Of a DNA stretch of 57,694 bases, positions 1 through 9,678 are shown piece by piece; the first letter of the stretch is position 1; each line of letters begins with the position of its first letter. The stretch is from Calditrichota bacterium. GTDB lineage: Bacteria; Calditrichota; Calditrichia; Calditrichales; J004. Location: NCBI GenBank assembly GCA_003696775.1, contig RFFS01000116.1, positions 1-57,694 on the forward strand, in the 5' to 3' direction. A model generated the notes under the pieces. The model was not told where the DNA came from, did not search any database, and worked only from the letters and a program-made list of their open reading frames with translations. The translations under genes and the position numbers were made by a program.

Positions 1-49
1 ATTCCCGGGTAAAGCTTTTGATAATTTTAAATTGTGTTGGAAACGACAT
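1..49 (-). CDS. Possible 5' end of a gene running off the left edge (MSFPTQFKIIKSFTRE...)
   Basis: ATG at 49 on the minus strand, preceded by a TAAGGT SD-like sequence; frame stays open to position 1. Too short to identify. Confidence 0.3.
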   Translation of the reverse strand, partial: MSFPTQFKIIKSFTRE

Positions 50-118
50 TACGTTCTTACCTTATTTGAGTGTCCATTAGATCGTGTTAATAGTTTTGGC
101 CTGAAGTTTATACAAATG

Positions 119-1267
119 CTACTCGTTTAAAATTTTCGTGACATAGTTTATCCACAAAGATTCCGGTATGGCGTGGTCAAGATAATAATCGGGTTTGATG
201 CCTATATCATCCACCACAAACTCCGGTATGCGCAAGCTCCTTGAAAGGGCATAAACCAACATAAAATCTTTATCGGGTGAATAGGTCAGATATAAGTTGG
301 ATACATCCAATCCGCCCCGGGTTGTTCGGCCAAACAATTTAACTTTTTTACTTTGACGTGCTTCAAGTAAAAATTGCTCGTCAGTACTCACATTTTTTTC
401 ATTGATGAGAATGCCCACCTTTTGGGGAAAGGCATAAACCGTATCAAACATGGTTATGCTAACGTCTTCCGAGTCAAGGTTTACAAATTCACCAAGATGT
501 TGTGATAAAATATCGTAATACCTTCTGAATTCCTGTCGCTCCTCCGGAGACAGATTAAGGCCAAACATCTGTGCAATGCCGCTGTTGGTTGCCAGTTCGT
601 ACATTCTTTGATTGTTTAACCTGGTGGATAAAAACTCCACGTTGGGCATCCGTATGGGATTGGTATATAATAAAGGCATAATTTTTTGGTAGCTTTCATC
701 GCTGCCACCGGTTCCGTTACGGATATCGATTATTAAATTTTCTACCTGTGTTATCCGGGACATGTTGGAAATAATAAGGCTATCGATGGTTTTTTTGGCG
801 TTGGGATGAAAGGAGGGAATTCTCAGGTAAAGTGTTTGACGGTTGATCGGCTCGATGAAAGGACGTGTTTCATGTAAAAATCTGGCATGTCGAGAAGTCG
901 GTTGGGCGGATGAAAGTGTATCCTTTGCGGTATTTTTGGGGCGTTGCCGCTTTTTCTTTTCCATTATACTTTCCTTACCCATATAATGAAATTCCACATG
1001 GGCGGAACGAAAAAAAGAGAGCCACTTGCGAATTGTGTTCTGGCAACGAATGGGATCGGTTATGTTTTGTACACTGTCCCGAATCATTTTATTATGTATG
1101 GAATAGGCCTGTTGTCCTTTTTTGTGGATTATATAGCTGAAACCGGCGTCGTTTTCTTCAAATGTTTTTTTTGTCCATTCAAAAATTTCATTGCAATCAC
1201 ATTCCTGTGCCTGTGTGTAAAAAGGAATGGTCAAAATAATAAGCAACATTAAAAATTGCATACGCAT
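119..1267 (-). CDS. Secreted S41 family peptidase
   Basis: Signal peptide (TQA|QECDC); YLRIPSF, LIIDIRNGTGG, S-x-x-EQF nucleophile segment, C-terminal GIKPD. These are typical S41 motifs. Confidence 0.85.
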   Translation of the reverse strand: MRMQFLMLLIILTIPFYTQAQECDCNEIFEWTKKTFEENDAGFSYIIHKKGQQAYSIHNKMIRDSVQNITDPIRCQNTIRKWLSFFRSAHVEFHYMGKESIMEKKKRQRPKNTAKDTLSSAQPTSRHARFLHETRPFIEPINRQTLYLRIPSFHPNAKKTIDSLIISNMSRITQVENLIIDIRNGTGGSDESYQKIMPLLYTNPIRMPNVEFLSTRLNNQRMYELATNSGIAQMFGLNLSPEERQEFRRYYDILSQHLGEFVNLDSEDVSITMFDTVYAFPQKVGILINEKNVSTDEQFLLEARQSKKVKLFGRTTRGGLDVSNLYLTYSPDKDFMLVYALSRSLRIPEFVVDDIGIKPDYYLDHAIPESLWINYVTKILNE

Positions 1268-1377
1268 CTCCGGCTGAAATATTGAGATTGTGTATTATTT
1301 GTTTAGTCTAAAGTACAAAAAATTAATTTAGACGGCTAACCAAATGATACGGGCCTTTTGGCAGGGTAAAGCGTTGC

Positions 1378-1878
1378 CTATTCCTTTGACCGTGTATAAT
1401 GGATGCGCCATAACAATTTCCAGCTTTTACCCTGATCGGTTGAACTTTGCCAATCCCAGGTAAAATGATTGTCCGTTATATTGTAAAATACCATACGTTG
1501 TATCGGCGCCTGTGGATTGTGCTTATACGTACGTGTTTTAAAGATGCGCCTGTCACCCTCAATTTGGCCAATAAAATTGAAAAAACCGCCCCGATTGTCA
1601 GCCCAGGCCTGATGCCATTCCTTTTTCTTTTTGTTGTAAACGGATATACTGGTACCCTTAAATCCGGTATGGGGATCGATGAAAAATTCCTGAATGACGG
1701 TACCGTCCAATATTTTTTTGATGGTATTGCTGCCCTTTACAAGCAAGCCTTCCCGGTTTTTCCATTCCAGATGCCACTGTCCGACCCAAAAATCAAAGGC
1801 ATGGGCGGGGTCGTCATTGTTTTGGGCATATAAAAGAGCCGAAGCCATCAGGAGGCCAATTGCCATGCGTTTTATCAT
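1378..1878 (-). CDS. Secreted beta-barrel hypothetical protein (DUF1579-like)
   Basis: Signal peptide LYA|Q; FDFWVGQW, WHQAWADNRG and SSTDQGKSW...W.I.Y.R motifs. Confidence 0.65.
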   Translation of the reverse strand: MIKRMAIGLLMASALLYAQNNDDPAHAFDFWVGQWHLEWKNREGLLVKGSNTIKKILDGTVIQEFFIDPHTGFKGTSISVYNKKKKEWHQAWADNRGGFFNFIGQIEGDRRIFKTRTYKHNPQAPIQRMVFYNITDNHFTWDWQSSTDQGKSWKLLWRIHYTRSKE

Positions 1879-1940
1879 TGTTTGAACTCTCTCATTTTAC
1901 AAGTACATAACTTACGGGGTGATTGTGAATACGTATCCGC

Positions 1941-2237
1941 TTAAAAGGAGGCAACTACGCTTAAATGGTTGGCGGAAACGGAGCCTTCTTTGTAACAGCC
2001 GTACCATTCCGCGGCATCGGGGATATTAACCATTTCCTTTTCCGCGGCCAGGGCGTCTTCCCGACTTTCCCAATATACAATGTCGGTATAACCGCCCTCA
2101 CCATTCTGATGTATTTCCCATTTGATAAAACCTTTTTGCCGGGACATCCATTCCCTGATTATCCGTCCCGCTATGTCGATTAAGGTTGTTTTGCTCATTC
2201 CGTCCGCTAATTGATATCCTATAACATCTTTGTACAT
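1941..2237 (-). CDS. Small dimeric alpha-beta barrel (ABM-like) protein
   Basis: 98 aa with Q(K)GFI and DIVYWESREDA motifs; SD-like AAGGA upstream. Confidence 0.6.
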   Translation of the reverse strand: MYKDVIGYQLADGMSKTTLIDIAGRIIREWMSRQKGFIKWEIHQNGEGGYTDIVYWESREDALAAEKEMVNIPDAAEWYGCYKEGSVSANHLSVVASF

Positions 2238-2276
2238 GGGAGAATTCCTTATGATATGAGTGATTTGCGATTATAG

Positions 2277-2714
2277 TTATGAAGTCATTTCCGCAAAGGT
2301 TTTAAAATCTTTCATATAGGTCAGGGATTGTTTTTTGAAAGAGCCCGGTATGAGGAAGGCGATCACTTTCATAAATCCGTTGAATTTAAATTCAATGTCC
2401 GCCCGCCAGCGCGTGCTGCCGGGGGAGGGTTCCAAAAAGTAATTTTTGTTTAAATTCCATACGCCCTGAGTTTCGTAAGTGCCGGAAAATTCATCCGGCA
2501 GGTTCCGTTTGGTTATGGTTTCAATCATTTCTATTTCTCGATTGCCCATTTTATACTTTAACCTGGACCGGGCGCCTTCCCGTCCGGGTTCACCGGATAT
2601 GTGTTCCAGGCTGATAAATCCCTTTTGCCAATATTTCATGTTATCGGGATTATCGAACAATTCGATCACTTTCGCTCTTGGCAAATCGATATCTATTTCA
2701 ACCGTATAACGCAT
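2277..2714 (-). CDS. SRPBCC (START-like) family protein
   Basis: I.IDLPRAKV.ELF.NP...WQ start and C-terminal helix FK.FAE; AAGGAGG SD upstream. Confidence 0.8.
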   Translation of the reverse strand: MRYTVEIDIDLPRAKVIELFDNPDNMKYWQKGFISLEHISGEPGREGARSRLKYKMGNREIEMIETITKRNLPDEFSGTYETQGVWNLNKNYFLEPSPGSTRWRADIEFKFNGFMKVIAFLIPGSFKKQSLTYMKDFKTFAEMTS

Positions 2715-2887
2715 GAATATGCCTCCTTTTGGGGGAATAAGTTATGTTCCGTAAATAACACAAAACATCCGCTTAAAATTCCTGCAAATGAGCATTTAAC
2801 AGTCTGAACGGGCTTACGTCTGGGTACGCAAAATGTGTTTTCAGGAAAGTCCGTCCGCAAAAATATGGGACAAAAGCCTCATTATCC

Positions 2888-2956
2888 TTGCTTTCCGACC
2901 GAAAAACTGTTATGCTTGGTGGAGTAAATTCCCTTAAAAATGTGTAAAATGGTGAA
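2888..2956 (+). promoter_or_regulatory. sigma70-type promoter of the dcw cluster with possible degenerate MraZ boxes
   Basis: TTGCTT (2888-2893), 17 bp, TGnTATGCT (-10 at 2911-2916). GTG-containing boxes at 2919, 2942 and 2952; the last two are 10 bp apart. Confidence 0.5.
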
Positions 2957-2975
2957 AAATTCATTAAATTAACTC

Positions 2976-3452
2976 ATGGCGCGTTACAACTTTACCGGAG
3001 AATATAGCTGCACACTGGACAGCAAGCGGCGTTTCAATTTGCCATCGGCCATACGTAAGTTGATTGGCCCGGAGGCGGAAAGCACCCTGGTGTTTGCTCC
3101 CGGTATCGAAGAAAACAACATCTATGTTTACCCGCTTGATGAATGGAATAAGCTGGTGGCGCGTCTGAGCAAGGTACCGATGAACAACCATCGGGCGCAA
3201 CGTTTTATTCGCCGTTTTGTGGGCGGGGCTTACCAGGTGGCCATAGACAGTCAGGGGCGCCTGATGCCGCCGAAAAACTTGTATGATAAAATGGGTATAA
3301 AAAACGAAATGATTATCCTCGGAACCATCAATAAGCTGGAAGTCTGGGATCCGCGGACTTATCAGGCCTATCTCGACGAGGATAAATTGTCACTGGCCGA
3401 GCTGGTGGAAGAAATTAATTTTACCGATCAAAATCACGATGCGGCCGGATGA
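2976..3452 (+). CDS. mraZ: Transcriptional regulator MraZ
   Basis: Two AbrB-like repeats, LDSKRR and IDSQGR; LEVW; first gene of the dcw cluster. Confidence 0.95.
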   Translation: MARYNFTGEYSCTLDSKRRFNLPSAIRKLIGPEAESTLVFAPGIEENNIYVYPLDEWNKLVARLSKVPMNNHRAQRFIRRFVGGAYQVAIDSQGRLMPPKNLYDKMGIKNEMIILGTINKLEVWDPRTYQAYLDEDKLSLAELVEEINFTDQNHDAAG

Positions 3453-4377
3453 AACCGGTATGTATCATATCCCTGTTCTTGCACGGGAAGTATGCGACGC
3501 GCTGATTGGTGACACGCACGGTGTTTATTACGACGGCACCCTGGGCGGTGGCGGTCATGCGGAACAAATTTTAAAGCGTTTGGATAAGGACGCGCTTTAT
3601 ATCGGTGTGGATCGCGACCCCGATGCTTTACAAGCCGCGGGAGAGCGCCTGCGATTGTTTGCTAATTTTCGTCCGGTTAAAGCGGTATTTCATCAGGTGC
3701 CTTATGTGTTGGCCACGGTTGGTGTTGAAGCTCTGGACGGCGTTTTACTGGATTTGGGGGTTTCCTCATGGCAAATCGATGCCGACAGTCGCGGGTTCAC
3801 CTTTCGGGAAAACGCTCCGCTGGATATGCGCATGGATGCCACGCAGGGGGAAACCGCGGCGGAGTTATTGAGTCGTCTGGATGAGCAGGCATTGGCCAAT
3901 ATCATTTTTCGGTACGGCGAAGAACGGCGTTCCCGTTGCATAGCCCGGCGTATCGTACGTCGGCGGCAGAGCGCTCCTCTGCAAACCAGCAGCGATTTGC
4001 TGGCCTGTATCGATCCCTGTGTGGACCCGCGCTACCGCACCAAAAGTTACGCGCGCGTGTTTCAGGCTTTGCGCATCGCCGTAAATGATGAATTGAATGT
4101 TTTAAAAGAAGCGTTAACGCAATTGACGGAGGTTTTAAAGCCCGGCGCCCGGATGGCGGTCATTACATATCATTCTCTTGAAGACCGGATCGTAAAGCAC
4201 TTCCTCCAGCAGATGGAAAATCCTTGTACCTGTCCTCCGCATGTCCCGGTTTGCACCTGTGGTAAACGTCCCGTCATGAAACGAATTCGTCCCTATTTTC
4301 GCACACCCGGAACCCGGGAAACGGCTGATAACGCGCGGGCACGCAGCGCAAAACTGCGTGTGGCGGAAAAATTATAA
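3439..4377 (+). CDS. rsmH: 16S rRNA m4C1402 methyltransferase RsmH (alternative start 3460)
   Basis: HIPVL, DGTLGGGGH, DLGVSS.Q.D...RGF, LDMRM, FQALRIAVNDEL, YHSLEDR, RSAKLR. Confidence 0.97.
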   Translation: MRPDETGMYHIPVLAREVCDALIGDTHGVYYDGTLGGGGHAEQILKRLDKDALYIGVDRDPDALQAAGERLRLFANFRPVKAVFHQVPYVLATVGVEALDGVLLDLGVSSWQIDADSRGFTFRENAPLDMRMDATQGETAAELLSRLDEQALANIIFRYGEERRSRCIARRIVRRRQSAPLQTSSDLLACIDPCVDPRYRTKSYARVFQALRIAVNDELNVLKEALTQLTEVLKPGARMAVITYHSLEDRIVKHFLQQMENPCTCPPHVPVCTCGKRPVMKRIRPYFRTPGTRETADNARARSAKLRVAEKL

Positions 4378-4391
4378 TAAGGAGTGTCATT

Positions 4392-4769
4392 ATGCCGGCT
4401 ATCGCTCAGGAGAACAAAATCATCAGGAAAATTGTGGCGGTGGGCGTGCTGGCCCTGGTGGTACTGGCTTTCGGGCTTTATCTCTACCAGGCCACGCGCA
4501 TTGAAGCCATTTTGAACGAAACCCACATGCTCTATGAACAACGCCGCCAATTGATCAGTGAAACGGAAACCCTTCAGGCGCAGGTGAGCCGTTTGGTCAA
4601 TGTGGATCGCATCAGCCGGCAAGCGAGGGAAAAGTTTGGCATGGTGTTTAACGAAACGCCTCCGCTCCATGCACCGTTACGCCATGAAAAACCGCTGGAT
4701 GAAATATTGTCCCAATGGCGCGCGGAAATCAAAAAAAATAACACCAACCCGGAGCCGATACGCGAATGA
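4392..4769 (+). CDS. ftsL: Cell division protein FtsL-like
   Basis: One TM segment plus coiled coil, RI...A...GM; lies between rsmH and the PBP gene; AAGGAG SD. Confidence 0.8.
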   Translation: MPAIAQENKIIRKIVAVGVLALVVLAFGLYLYQATRIEAILNETHMLYEQRRQLISETETLQAQVSRLVNVDRISRQAREKFGMVFNETPPLHAPLRHEKPLDEILSQWRAEIKKNNTNPEPIRE

Positions 4770-6835
4770 AACGAAAACGATCGCCTTTCCATCAGGGGCG
4801 TTTTGCCTTTGTGATTGTGGTGATGATTATTTTTTGGGCGTTGCTTCAGGTAACGCTTTTTCGCTATCAGGTGATACACGCGGACGTTTTTAAAACGTTT
4901 GCTAAAAAACAATATAACAAAGACTATCCGCTCAAAGCGCCGCGCGGAACGATTTACGATCGTGAAGGCGCCAAGCTGGCGACCAATATCATTTATTATG
5001 ATTTTGCCGTCGATCCGAAAATGGTGGAAAATCCCGATGCACTGGTGCGGCAATTGACGGCCGTGGGCAAGCGCCCGGCCTCATGGTATCGTAAAAAGCT
5101 GGCCGCGCCCGGTCGCTTTGTTTACCTGACCCGTCGGGTGCCCTCTTTTGAAGCGCGCGACTGGCTGCGTATTCAGGACAGGGGATTTATTAAGCGGAAA
5201 AGTTTCGGGCGGTATTATCCCTTCCGCTCCTACGCCGCGCCGCTGATCGGCTTTACCGATCCGGATAACAAGGGGCTGGCCGGTTTGGAATTGCAATATA
5301 AGGATGTACTAACCGGGCATGACGGACTGGCGGTGTTACAATTCGACGCCAGTCGCAAACGGGTCTTTTATGATTTTGACCGACCGGTGATTAAACCGCG
5401 CCCCGGTAATGATTTAATTCTGACCATTGATAAGGATATTCAGACCGTTGTGGAAAACGCCCTGGAAAGAGGGCTGCAACGCACCCGGGCCCAATCGGCT
5501 ATGGCGGTGGTGATCCAACCGTACACGGGAGAAATACTCGCGTTGGCCAACGCGCCGGGTTTTGATCCCAACCGCCATGCCGCGGCAAGTGAAGCCGCCA
5601 AGCGCAACCGGGTGGTTACCGATGCTTTTGAACCGGGTTCCACCGTAAAAATGTTTACCGCCGCGGCTTTGTTACAAGAAGGCCTGATGCCGCCGGACAC
5701 TATCGTCTATTGCGAAAACGGCAAGTACCCGTTATATCAGCATGTGATCCGTGATTCCAAAAAGCACGGCTGGCTGACCTTTCGCAAGGTGATCGAATTG
5801 TCCTCTAATATCGGTATTGTAAAACTTTCAAAAGACCTGCCTTCCAATACCCTGTTCCGTTATTTGCGGAGTTTCGGGTTCGGGCAAAAAACGGGGGCCG
5901 GCATGCTCGGAGAAGTGCCGGGTACATTAACGCAGCCGTCCACCTGGTCGGGGCTATCCAAGGCGTCCATTTCGTTTGGTCAGGAGATGTCGGTTAATGC
6001 TCTGCAAATTACCAATGCCTTTGCCGCTCTGGTTAACGGCGGTTATCTGTACCGGCCTTTTGTGATACGTGGTGTGCGCGATCCGCAAGGTCACTGGATC
6101 GAGAAGACCGATGTGCAACGCATCCGCCAGGTGATATCGCCTGAGGTGGGTGCCATACTCAAATCTTTTATGAAAGGTGTTGTGGAACGGGGCACGGGCG
6201 TGAAGGCGGCCTTAAAGGACGCGGTGGCCGGAGGAAAAACGGGCACGGCTCAAAAGTATGATCCGAAAAGCCGGCGTTACATGGCCGGAAAATACGTGGC
6301 TTCTTTTATCGGTTTCGCGCCGTATGATACGCCGCGATATGTATGCGGGGTATTCATTGATGAACCACGTGTCCATTATTACGGCGGTGATGCGGCCGGC
6401 CCTGTGTTTGCCGAAATTATGAATCAGATCTTGCATTTCCGGACCGATCCGGTAACGCCTGGGCTCGCCGCGCCGGTACAAGGCGGACTGTTGGCCACGC
6501 GCCTGAAAAGCCTGCCCGATATGCGCGGGTGGCGTCCGGAAAGCGCCCTGGCCATGTTGGAAGACCGTGACTATGATGTGGAAACCACTTCGGATACGGG
6601 TCGTGTGCGTTTGGTATCCATAAAGGAAGACGATGCCGTTCTGGAGTTGAACGATGCCCGACCGGCGGAACGTCTGCCCGATTTACGGGGCAAAAGTCTG
6701 CGTCAGGCACTGGAATTGATCAATCCCGGAGTGTTGGAAGTAACCGTGAAAGGCAGCGGCAGGGTATATAAGCAATCGCTGGCGCCGGGCAGTAAACTGA
6801 CGCCCGGACGTTCGCTCAAACTGTTTTTAAAATAG
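4766..6835 (+). CDS. ftsI: Class B penicillin-binding protein FtsI with C-terminal PASTA-like domains
   Basis: RGTIYDR, R.YP, GLE; catalytic STVK, SSN and KTGT motifs; LPDMRG and LPDLRG PASTA starts. Confidence 0.95.
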   Translation: MKRKRSPFHQGRFAFVIVVMIIFWALLQVTLFRYQVIHADVFKTFAKKQYNKDYPLKAPRGTIYDREGAKLATNIIYYDFAVDPKMVENPDALVRQLTAVGKRPASWYRKKLAAPGRFVYLTRRVPSFEARDWLRIQDRGFIKRKSFGRYYPFRSYAAPLIGFTDPDNKGLAGLELQYKDVLTGHDGLAVLQFDASRKRVFYDFDRPVIKPRPGNDLILTIDKDIQTVVENALERGLQRTRAQSAMAVVIQPYTGEILALANAPGFDPNRHAAASEAAKRNRVVTDAFEPGSTVKMFTAAALLQEGLMPPDTIVYCENGKYPLYQHVIRDSKKHGWLTFRKVIELSSNIGIVKLSKDLPSNTLFRYLRSFGFGQKTGAGMLGEVPGTLTQPSTWSGLSKASISFGQEMSVNALQITNAFAALVNGGYLYRPFVIRGVRDPQGHWIEKTDVQRIRQVISPEVGAILKSFMKGVVERGTGVKAALKDAVAGGKTGTAQKYDPKSRRYMAGKYVASFIGFAPYDTPRYVCGVFIDEPRVHYYGGDAAGPVFAEIMNQILHFRTDPVTPGLAAPVQGGLLATRLKSLPDMRGWRPESALAMLEDRDYDVETTSDTGRVRLVSIKEDDAVLELNDARPAERLPDLRGKSLRQALELINPGVLEVTVKGSGRVYKQSLAPGSKLTPGRSLKLFLK

Positions 6836-6845
6836 AGCGTGACGG

Positions 6846-8294
6846 ATGAAGAAGCTGAAGGAATTATTGCAGGATATGCCGGTTGTATCGGCCATTGATG
6901 AAAATCCGGATATTGCCGGTTTGCAATACGATTCTCGTAAGGTGCGGCCCGGCGATCTGTTCTTTGCTATCCGGGGATTTGAAAGCGACGGTCATCATTA
7001 TCTGGCCAGGGCGGCGGAAAAAGGGGCCGTGGCCGCGGTGGTTCTGGAGCCTGTTGCCCGGGTCTCCCTACCGCAAATAGTGGTGCCCGATACCCGTGAA
7101 GCCATGGCCCGCGCGGCGTATCGGATGTATCAACAATCGCTCGACCAATTAACGCTGATCGGGGTGACCGGCACCAATGGAAAAACAAGCGTCAGTTTTT
7201 TGATACGCGCCATCCTGGAAGAACAGGGGCATTCCTGCGGGCTGGCCGGCACCATTGCCTATTATGTGGGAAAAGAACGCATCGATGCCTGGAACACAAC
7301 ACCGGAGGCCATTGATCTTTATGCTATGATGCACCGCATGCATCAGGCGGGCAACCGCGCGGTGGTACTCGAAGTGTCGTCGCATGCCATGGCGTTGAAA
7401 CGGCTGGCCGGTCTGCGCTTTGACGTGACGGTATTCACCAATCTCAGCCGTGACCATCTGGATTTTCATCCGGATATGGAAGATTATTTCGCGCAAAAAA
7501 GTCGCTTGTTTGAACAGCGTGCCGCCGATGGCGTGGCCGTGATAAACACAGATGATCCCTACGGGGCGCGTTTGGCAAAACAGACGGCCCCGCCTTTGTT
7601 AACCTTTGGGCGGTCAGACCGGACGGATGTGCGCATACTTAAGGAAAACATGAATCGCGACGGCATGACCATCACGTTGAGCCACGAGGCGCGGGAATGG
7701 ACCATACGTACGGCGCTTGTCGGTCGTTTTAATGTGGAAAATATCGCCGCGGCCGTCAGCGTTGCGCGCGCGCTGCACATACCCATTCCGGTCATCACGC
7801 GGGCCATGGAGAGATTTAAAAGCGTGCCCGGGCGTCTGGAGCGCCATCCGTTAAAAAACGGCGCCTTGGCGCTGATCGATTACGCGCATACCCCCGATGC
7901 GCTGGAAAAGGCCCTGAACACGGCCCGCGAGATCACGACCAACAGGCTGGCGGTGGTGTTTGGTTGTGGCGGCGACCGGGACCGGGGAAAGCGCCCGCAA
8001 ATGGCGCGCGTGGCGGAAAAAAGTGCCGATCTGGTTTGGGTAACCGATGACAATCCGCGCACGGAAAACCCGCGACACATCATAAAGGACATTATGAATG
8101 GTTTTGAGAACCCTTCGGCGGTTCAGGTGATCATGGACAGAAAGCAGGCCATCCGGTCGGCTGTCCGGGCTATGACAAGCGGCGATGTGCTGCTGATCGC
8201 CGGGAAGGGACATGAAAATTATCAGATCATCGGCCGGGAAAAACGGCCTTTTAACGAAGCGGCCATCATTCGGGAGGCGGATAGGGATGCTTGA
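6846..8294 (+). CDS. murE: UDP-MurNAc-tripeptide ligase MurE (meso-DAP type)
   Basis: GVTGTNGKTS, EVSSH, DHLDFH, DYAHTPD; DNPR is the DAP-specificity motif; AGKGHE. Confidence 0.97.
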   Translation: MKKLKELLQDMPVVSAIDENPDIAGLQYDSRKVRPGDLFFAIRGFESDGHHYLARAAEKGAVAAVVLEPVARVSLPQIVVPDTREAMARAAYRMYQQSLDQLTLIGVTGTNGKTSVSFLIRAILEEQGHSCGLAGTIAYYVGKERIDAWNTTPEAIDLYAMMHRMHQAGNRAVVLEVSSHAMALKRLAGLRFDVTVFTNLSRDHLDFHPDMEDYFAQKSRLFEQRAADGVAVINTDDPYGARLAKQTAPPLLTFGRSDRTDVRILKENMNRDGMTITLSHEAREWTIRTALVGRFNVENIAAAVSVARALHIPIPVITRAMERFKSVPGRLERHPLKNGALALIDYAHTPDALEKALNTAREITTNRLAVVFGCGGDRDRGKRPQMARVAEKSADLVWVTDDNPRTENPRHIIKDIMNGFENPSAVQVIMDRKQAIRSAVRAMTSGDVLLIAGKGHENYQIIGREKRPFNEAAIIREADRDA

Positions 8295-9663
8295 TGTGAG
8301 TGTGAAAGATTTTGAGGCGTTGTCCGACGGCCGGTTTGTGAATGTTCCGGAGCCGGTGCGGAAAATCCGCCGTATAAAGGGCGTTTCCATCGACTCACGG
8401 GCTATTGAACCGCAACAGGTTTTTTGGGCGTTGAAAGGTGAAAGGTTTGACGGGCATGATTTTGTGGGCGATGTGGTCCTGCATGGTGCCTTGTTTGCCG
8501 TGGTGGCCCGGGAACGTTTTGAAAGCGGGCGGTTTGATGAATTACCGTTGTTTGTGGTGGAGGATACCCTGGCCGCTTTGCAGGAACTGGCCCGTCATCA
8601 CCGGCGGAAATACAACATCCCGGTTATCGCGCTCACCGGTTCCAATGGTAAAACCACCACCAAGGAGATGATTGCCCACATTCTGGGGCGAAAAACCGTG
8701 GTGCATAAAACCCACGGCAACCGGAACAATCAGATCGGTTGTCCGCTGGCGGTTTTGGACCTGAATGAAATGCATCGCATGGCGGTGTTTGAATTGGGCA
8801 CCAACCAATTCGGCGAGATCGATATCCTGACACGCATGGTGGAACCGGATCATGTTTTGATAACATTGATTGGCGATACCCATCTGGAATATCTGCAAAA
8901 CCGGGAAGGCGTGGCGAGAGAAAAACTAAGCCTTTTCCGGCAGGCGCCGCCGGGGGTGACGCTCTATAAAAATATGGATGATCCCTTTATCGCCGCATTT
9001 GAACGTGAAGACGCCCGTGTGGTGAGCTACGGATTTGATCGCACGGATGTGGATGTGCATGGCGCCATGGGTGACATGGATGCAATGGGCTGTGGAACGT
9101 TGATACTCAACGGGCGGGTGAACATACCGTTGCGCGCGCCGGGATTGCATAATGTGCGCAACGCACTGGCCGCCGCAGCCGTGGCGCTCAACCTGGGCTG
9201 GAAGGAAGCGGAAATCGCCGCTGCGCTGGAGAGTTACGAATCCTTTGAAAAACGGATGCAGGTGGTACACTGGCGCGATTGCCTGATCTTAAACGACAGC
9301 TACAACGCCAATCCGGCATCCATGTATTCCGCCATGAATACCCTGATGCGCATGGCCGGAGGCAAACGGTTTATGGCCCTGGGTGATATGAACGAGTTGG
9401 GTGAGCATAGCGACGCCATGCATCGTGAGGTATTGCAAAAAGCGTTGGATCATGGCGCGGACGTGCTTTTTATTCTTGGCGATAAAATGATCCGGGCGGT
9501 GAATCAACTGGGCCTGCAAAAAAACACGCGGGTGCATGTATGCCAAAATCATTTTGAGCTGGCTTCCATGGCCGCGCAAATGATGAGCGCCGGCGACATC
9601 CTGCTGCTGAAAGCTTCGCGCGGGGTGCAAATGGAAAAAGTTTTGGCCGGTTTACCGGTGTGA
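8287..9663 (+). CDS. murF: UDP-MurNAc-pentapeptide ligase MurF
   Basis: TGSNGKTTTKEM, DSYNANP.S, LGDM.ELG, LKASRG. Start placed at ATG 8287, which follows GGAGG and overlaps the murE end, rather than 8212. Confidence 0.95.
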   Translation: MLDVSVKDFEALSDGRFVNVPEPVRKIRRIKGVSIDSRAIEPQQVFWALKGERFDGHDFVGDVVLHGALFAVVARERFESGRFDELPLFVVEDTLAALQELARHHRRKYNIPVIALTGSNGKTTTKEMIAHILGRKTVVHKTHGNRNNQIGCPLAVLDLNEMHRMAVFELGTNQFGEIDILTRMVEPDHVLITLIGDTHLEYLQNREGVAREKLSLFRQAPPGVTLYKNMDDPFIAAFEREDARVVSYGFDRTDVDVHGAMGDMDAMGCGTLILNGRVNIPLRAPGLHNVRNALAAAAVALNLGWKEAEIAAALESYESFEKRMQVVHWRDCLILNDSYNANPASMYSAMNTLMRMAGGKRFMALGDMNELGEHSDAMHREVLQKALDHGADVLFILGDKMIRAVNQLGLQKNTRVHVCQNHFELASMAAQMMSAGDILLLKASRGVQMEKVLAGLPV

Positions 9664-9678
9664 TAAGGAAAAAAGGTT

